From: Nitrosopumilus sp.
GTDB taxonomy: Archaea; Thermoproteota; Nitrososphaeria; Nitrososphaerales; Nitrosopumilaceae
Assembly (NCBI GenBank): GCA_965224195.1
Contig: OZ245040.1
Span: 608,001 to 672,000 of the forward strand
DNA: 64,000 bases
Direction of reading: 5' to 3'
Under the pieces are notes generated by a model that saw only the letters and a program-made list of their open reading frames with translations, ran no database searches and was not told the origin of the DNA. Within the stretch, counting starts at the first letter, position 1, and the number at the start of each line of letters is the position of its first letter. Positions 61,801 to 64,000 of the stretch are shown here, one piece after another. The position numbers were made by a program, and so were the translations under genes.

Positions 61801-64000
61801 CAGTGTACAGCCGCCATCACTTGATGCGCCAACCAACCTTTTAGTCAATGTCATAAACGACACAGCCGCTGAAATTACCTGGACTGCACCTGCAATACCT
61901 GCCAATCCATTCTATGACATTAGTGACGTATCCTATCTCGTGAATGTTACTGATACTGCTGCTGGCACCACCGTACCGTATACCATATCTGACGGCACCA
62001 CTACCACGCATACGGCAACAAACCTGATACCGGGCAAGTCCTATGAGGTAACAGTAAAGGCACTAGTCTTGCTGGGTTCAGGCGATGATTTGGAATCATC
62101 TACCACAGCTGTATCCTTTGATATGCCGACACCTCCGTCACTTGCTGCGCCAACTAACCTTTCAGTCAATGTCATAAACGGCACAGCCGCTGAAATCACC
62201 TGGACTGCACCTGCAATACCTGCCAATCCATTCTATGACATTAGTGACGTATCCTATCTCGTGAATGTCACTGATACTGCTGCTGGCACCACCGTACCGT
62301 ATACCATATCTGACGGCACCACTACCACACATACGGCAACAAACCTGATACCGGGCAAATCTTATGAGGTAACCATAGAGGCAAAAGCCTTGTTGTCAGA
62401 TTCAGCCGTTTTGTCCTCCCAACCTACCGCAGCTGTATCCTTTGCTGTGTCTGAACCACCATCACTTGATGCTCCAACCAACCTTTCAGTGGCTGTATCT
62501 GGCACCACAGCTACTATCACTTGGACTGCACCTACAGTGGATGCCAATGGCTTCTATGCCATTAATGATGTGAGTTATCAAGTGACTGTCGTTGATTCTG
62601 ACGGTTCTGGTGCTGCATCAAGTGGTTCTATAACTGGCACCTCATATACGGCAACAAACCTGACACCGGGTGAGTCATACGATGTATATGTAGTTGCATA
62701 TGCTGCCGTTGGATCAAGCTATACTGTGGAATCAGTTGAGGTATCTGCCTCCTTTGATATGCCTGCAGCAGCAGATGCCCAAGCAGCAGCAGATGCCCAA
62801 GCAGCAGCAGATGCCCAAGCCGCAGCAGATGCCCAAGCCGCAGCAGATGCCCAAGCCGCAGCAGATGCCCAAGCCGCAGCAGATGCCCAAGCCGCAGCAG
62901 ATGCCCAAGCCGCAGCAGATGCCCAAGCCGCAGCAGATGCCCAAGCCGCAGCAGATGCAGCAGCAGATGCCCAAGACATAGCAGATGCTATAGATCCTGC
63001 ACCAGTTGTTGTAACAGTAAATGCTGCAATGTATAACAGCACTGCAATCTTACTGACGTGGACCCAGCCGCCATCATTAGAGGTAACTGGCTATGATTTA
63101 TCATGGGTATCAGAGGATGCTAATGGTTTGCCACATACTTATGGTAGCATATCACTTGACGGTGTAATAGGTGGTACATTAGAATCCCACATATTTAATA
63201 ATGTTAATCCTGGAAAGACATACTACTTTACATTGAGTGTATTTTTCAATGTAGAAGGTTCTCCACAGAGGTTTCACTCTTATGATGTGACATATACAGT
63301 ACCAGATCCTAACGCAGATCCGCCAAAAGATCACAAAAAGAAGAGGAGTACTGGCAGCTCAAATGAGCACTACAAAAAGCCAACCTTTGGACTGTCCCAT
63401 CTGACAGAAAGTCTGATTGTAAATGATGGCATGTGCCTTAATGACAGCTGCGTTGACGTTGTATCATGGCACACAAAATATCCGGAGGATAAAATATTGA
63501 TAGACACCACAAACTATCTGCAGGCCAAAATGTACACTGATAAAACTTTGCGATATGTAGAGTTTTTCTTTGGAGTGCCAAGGCCTGGAGATGCATCTAA
63601 TGCAGAGGTATTCGTAAAGGTAAGCCTGTCTAGAAACTATACCAGTCCAAATAACTATGATGTAGTCAGAATTGATACAACAGATACAGAAGGTTTGCTG
63701 GATGGCACTGTAACTGCTGCAACCATACAGCCAAGCAAATGTCTTAGTGCAGATGTCGAACCAAACTGTCACACTGTAACATTACAGTTTGACTTCAATG
63801 AGGCGCCAATACACAGGGCATTTGCCATAGCGGCAGTTGACATGGACAGACGAGTCCATACAAATTACTTTAATGACGGCTTTGTGGTACTTGGCGAATC
63901 ACTAAATCCAGCAGACATGCACCATGTTGCAAACAGTGGCAAGTATCACTCTAATGAATATGCAAGTACGCACCAGCTGACACTGACCCAGACAGACAGG
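58895..64000 (+). CDS. Giant secreted repeat protein (>1702 aa, 3'-partial): Ig-like domains, 5 beta-propeller blades, about 8 FN3-like domains, (AAADAQ)n linker and a C-terminal domain
   Basis: ATG 58895 MAPKSVFLLFLLFSVLALSGMSLVSA signal peptide; same frame confirmed at 59195, 62759 and 63962; absent from the track because there is no stop in the window. Confidence 0.9.
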   Translation, partial: MAPKSVFLLFLLFSVLALSGMSLVSAQAPSPGSPVAVTPDSTPPTFESAALDEGTGVLAITFNEIIANEGFDLSTAVYTDNSFSVSNKDNSPTGMAFNTNGTKMFVVGYNTGKIYEYELTTPFDVSSSDYKRDFSVFSEENTPEGVAFNPAGTKMFVVGAGSDKVNEYTLTTPFNLSTASYTRNFSVSSEDTYPEGVAFNPAGTKMFVVGSNYGNVYEYTLTTPFNVSTAAYTDNSFSVSNRDTSPSGVAFNPAGTKMFVVGYDGHNVNEYTLTAPFDISNVSHTGTLLVRSQDGTPADVAFNPAGTKMFVVGYSGGNIHEYALSTPVDLSKLFISELASVNGTGTVLTGASIETVGNSASIEIKMTESQRQSVIALATPELDIMAAAVSDVSGNQIVAALDNIIAVTNSVAAVSPPPLAAPTGLSVAVQGTTATITWTAPAISANSFYDINSVSYIVNVTDTAAGTTVPYTVPAGTTTTHTATNLIPGKSYEVTVEAKALLSDSTVLSSQPTAAVSFAVSEPPSLDAPTNLSVAVSGTTATITWTAPTVDTNDFYTINNVSYQVTVLDSDGSGAASSGSITGTSYTATNLTPGESYNVYVVAYAVVGSSYTVESVEVSASFNMPAAAVVVVDSGAGTPPSPDQIKVQNLEIEKTGNKRVTLTWKAPANSGDKELDYYSISYNCPATHGTKYTEIHTGFTSVSIDNLDISGICRFQVTPIYPSGGGVNSLIFPGVDGGVTDKGLSAPLKDIPFTETPKDIRLTAAMSGSDAIKVSWLPISSDIVFYELSLGDGDDSRGFQPLKDFKYEDDRPTSQIIKNVDPGRTYTIYLVLYNYEGSVHSTTFIKYTVPVDSIPPKLESAALDEETGVLTITFDEIIANEGLSTAPFDLSKLFISESGSVNGTGTALSGASIETVGNSTSIEIKLTESQRLAVIALTVPELDILEAAVFDVSGNQIAAALDNAIAVTNSVQPPSLDAPTNLLVNVINDTAAEITWTAPAIPANPFYDISDVSYLVNVTDTAAGTTVPYTISDGTTTTHTATNLIPGKSYEVTVKALVLLGSGDDLESSTTAVSFDMPTPPSLAAPTNLSVNVINGTAAEITWTAPAIPANPFYDISDVSYLVNVTDTAAGTTVPYTISDGTTTTHTATNLIPGKSYEVTIEAKALLSDSAVLSSQPTAAVSFAVSEPPSLDAPTNLSVAVSGTTATITWTAPTVDANGFYAINDVSYQVTVVDSDGSGAASSGSITGTSYTATNLTPGESYDVYVVAYAAVGSSYTVESVEVSASFDMPAAADAQAAADAQAAADAQAAADAQAAADAQAAADAQAAADAQAAADAQAAADAQAAADAQAAADAAADAQDIADAIDPAPVVVTVNAAMYNSTAILLTWTQPPSLEVTGYDLSWVSEDANGLPHTYGSISLDGVIGGTLESHIFNNVNPGKTYYFTLSVFFNVEGSPQRFHSYDVTYTVPDPNADPPKDHKKKRSTGSSNEHYKKPTFGLSHLTESLIVNDGMCLNDSCVDVVSWHTKYPEDKILIDTTNYLQAKMYTDKTLRYVEFFFGVPRPGDASNAEVFVKVSLSRNYTSPNNYDVVRIDTTDTEGLLDGTVTAATIQPSKCLSADVEPNCHTVTLQFDFNEAPIHRAFAIAAVDMDRRVHTNYFNDGFVVLGESLNPADMHHVANSGKYHSNEYASTHQLTLTQTDR
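59105..59880 (+). repeat. Five 153-156-bp repeats encoding beta-propeller blades
   Basis: ggaacaaagatgtttgttgtaggt (GTKMFVVG) at 59195, 59348, 59501, 59657 and 59810. Confidence 0.92.
62765..62975 (+). repeat. 18-bp tandem repeat (about 11 copies) encoding (AAADAQ)n
   Basis: gcMgcagcagatgcccaa repeated. Confidence 0.95.

Noticed and set aside
58699-63772. Track ORFs in this interval (poly-WASAAA, poly-CCGLGI, PQQMPK and others)
   Set aside because: They are antisense or alternate-frame shadows of the giant + strand ORF.

Overview
AT-rich archaeal chromosome segment from a Nitrosopumilus-like ammonia-oxidising archaeon (Nitrososphaerota/Thaumarchaeota). The assignment rests on CdvA, ThyX, the rpoN-eno-rps2-mvk-ipk-idi(type 1)-GGPPS-gltX cluster, and CFI-box-CTERM and 'IPxWIKNNAxWW' proteins. 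Core blocks (about 6.5-16.7 kb, 20-31.6 kb, 34.4-38.9 kb, 44-51 kb) alternate with accessory or decaying DNA. The decaying DNA includes at least six IS copies or remnants (IS5 groups, IS1595, IS6-like/SWIM-DDE), several pseudogenes, and abrupt junctions that leave a 5'-truncated alaS and a headless protease. There is a 3.2-kb HNH/PIN toxin-antitoxin cassette bounded by an 11-bp direct repeat and a mobile-element graveyard after tRNA-Ser(CGA). The ORF track misses a >1700-aa secreted repeat protein (58895 to the window end) built from beta-propeller blades with an invariant framework and variable loops, mosaic FN3 duplications and an (AAADAQ)n linker. The IS load, pseudogenes and giant surface proteins suggest a host-associated lineage such as a sponge symbiont; this is inference. 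All family calls come from motif recognition, not database searches.
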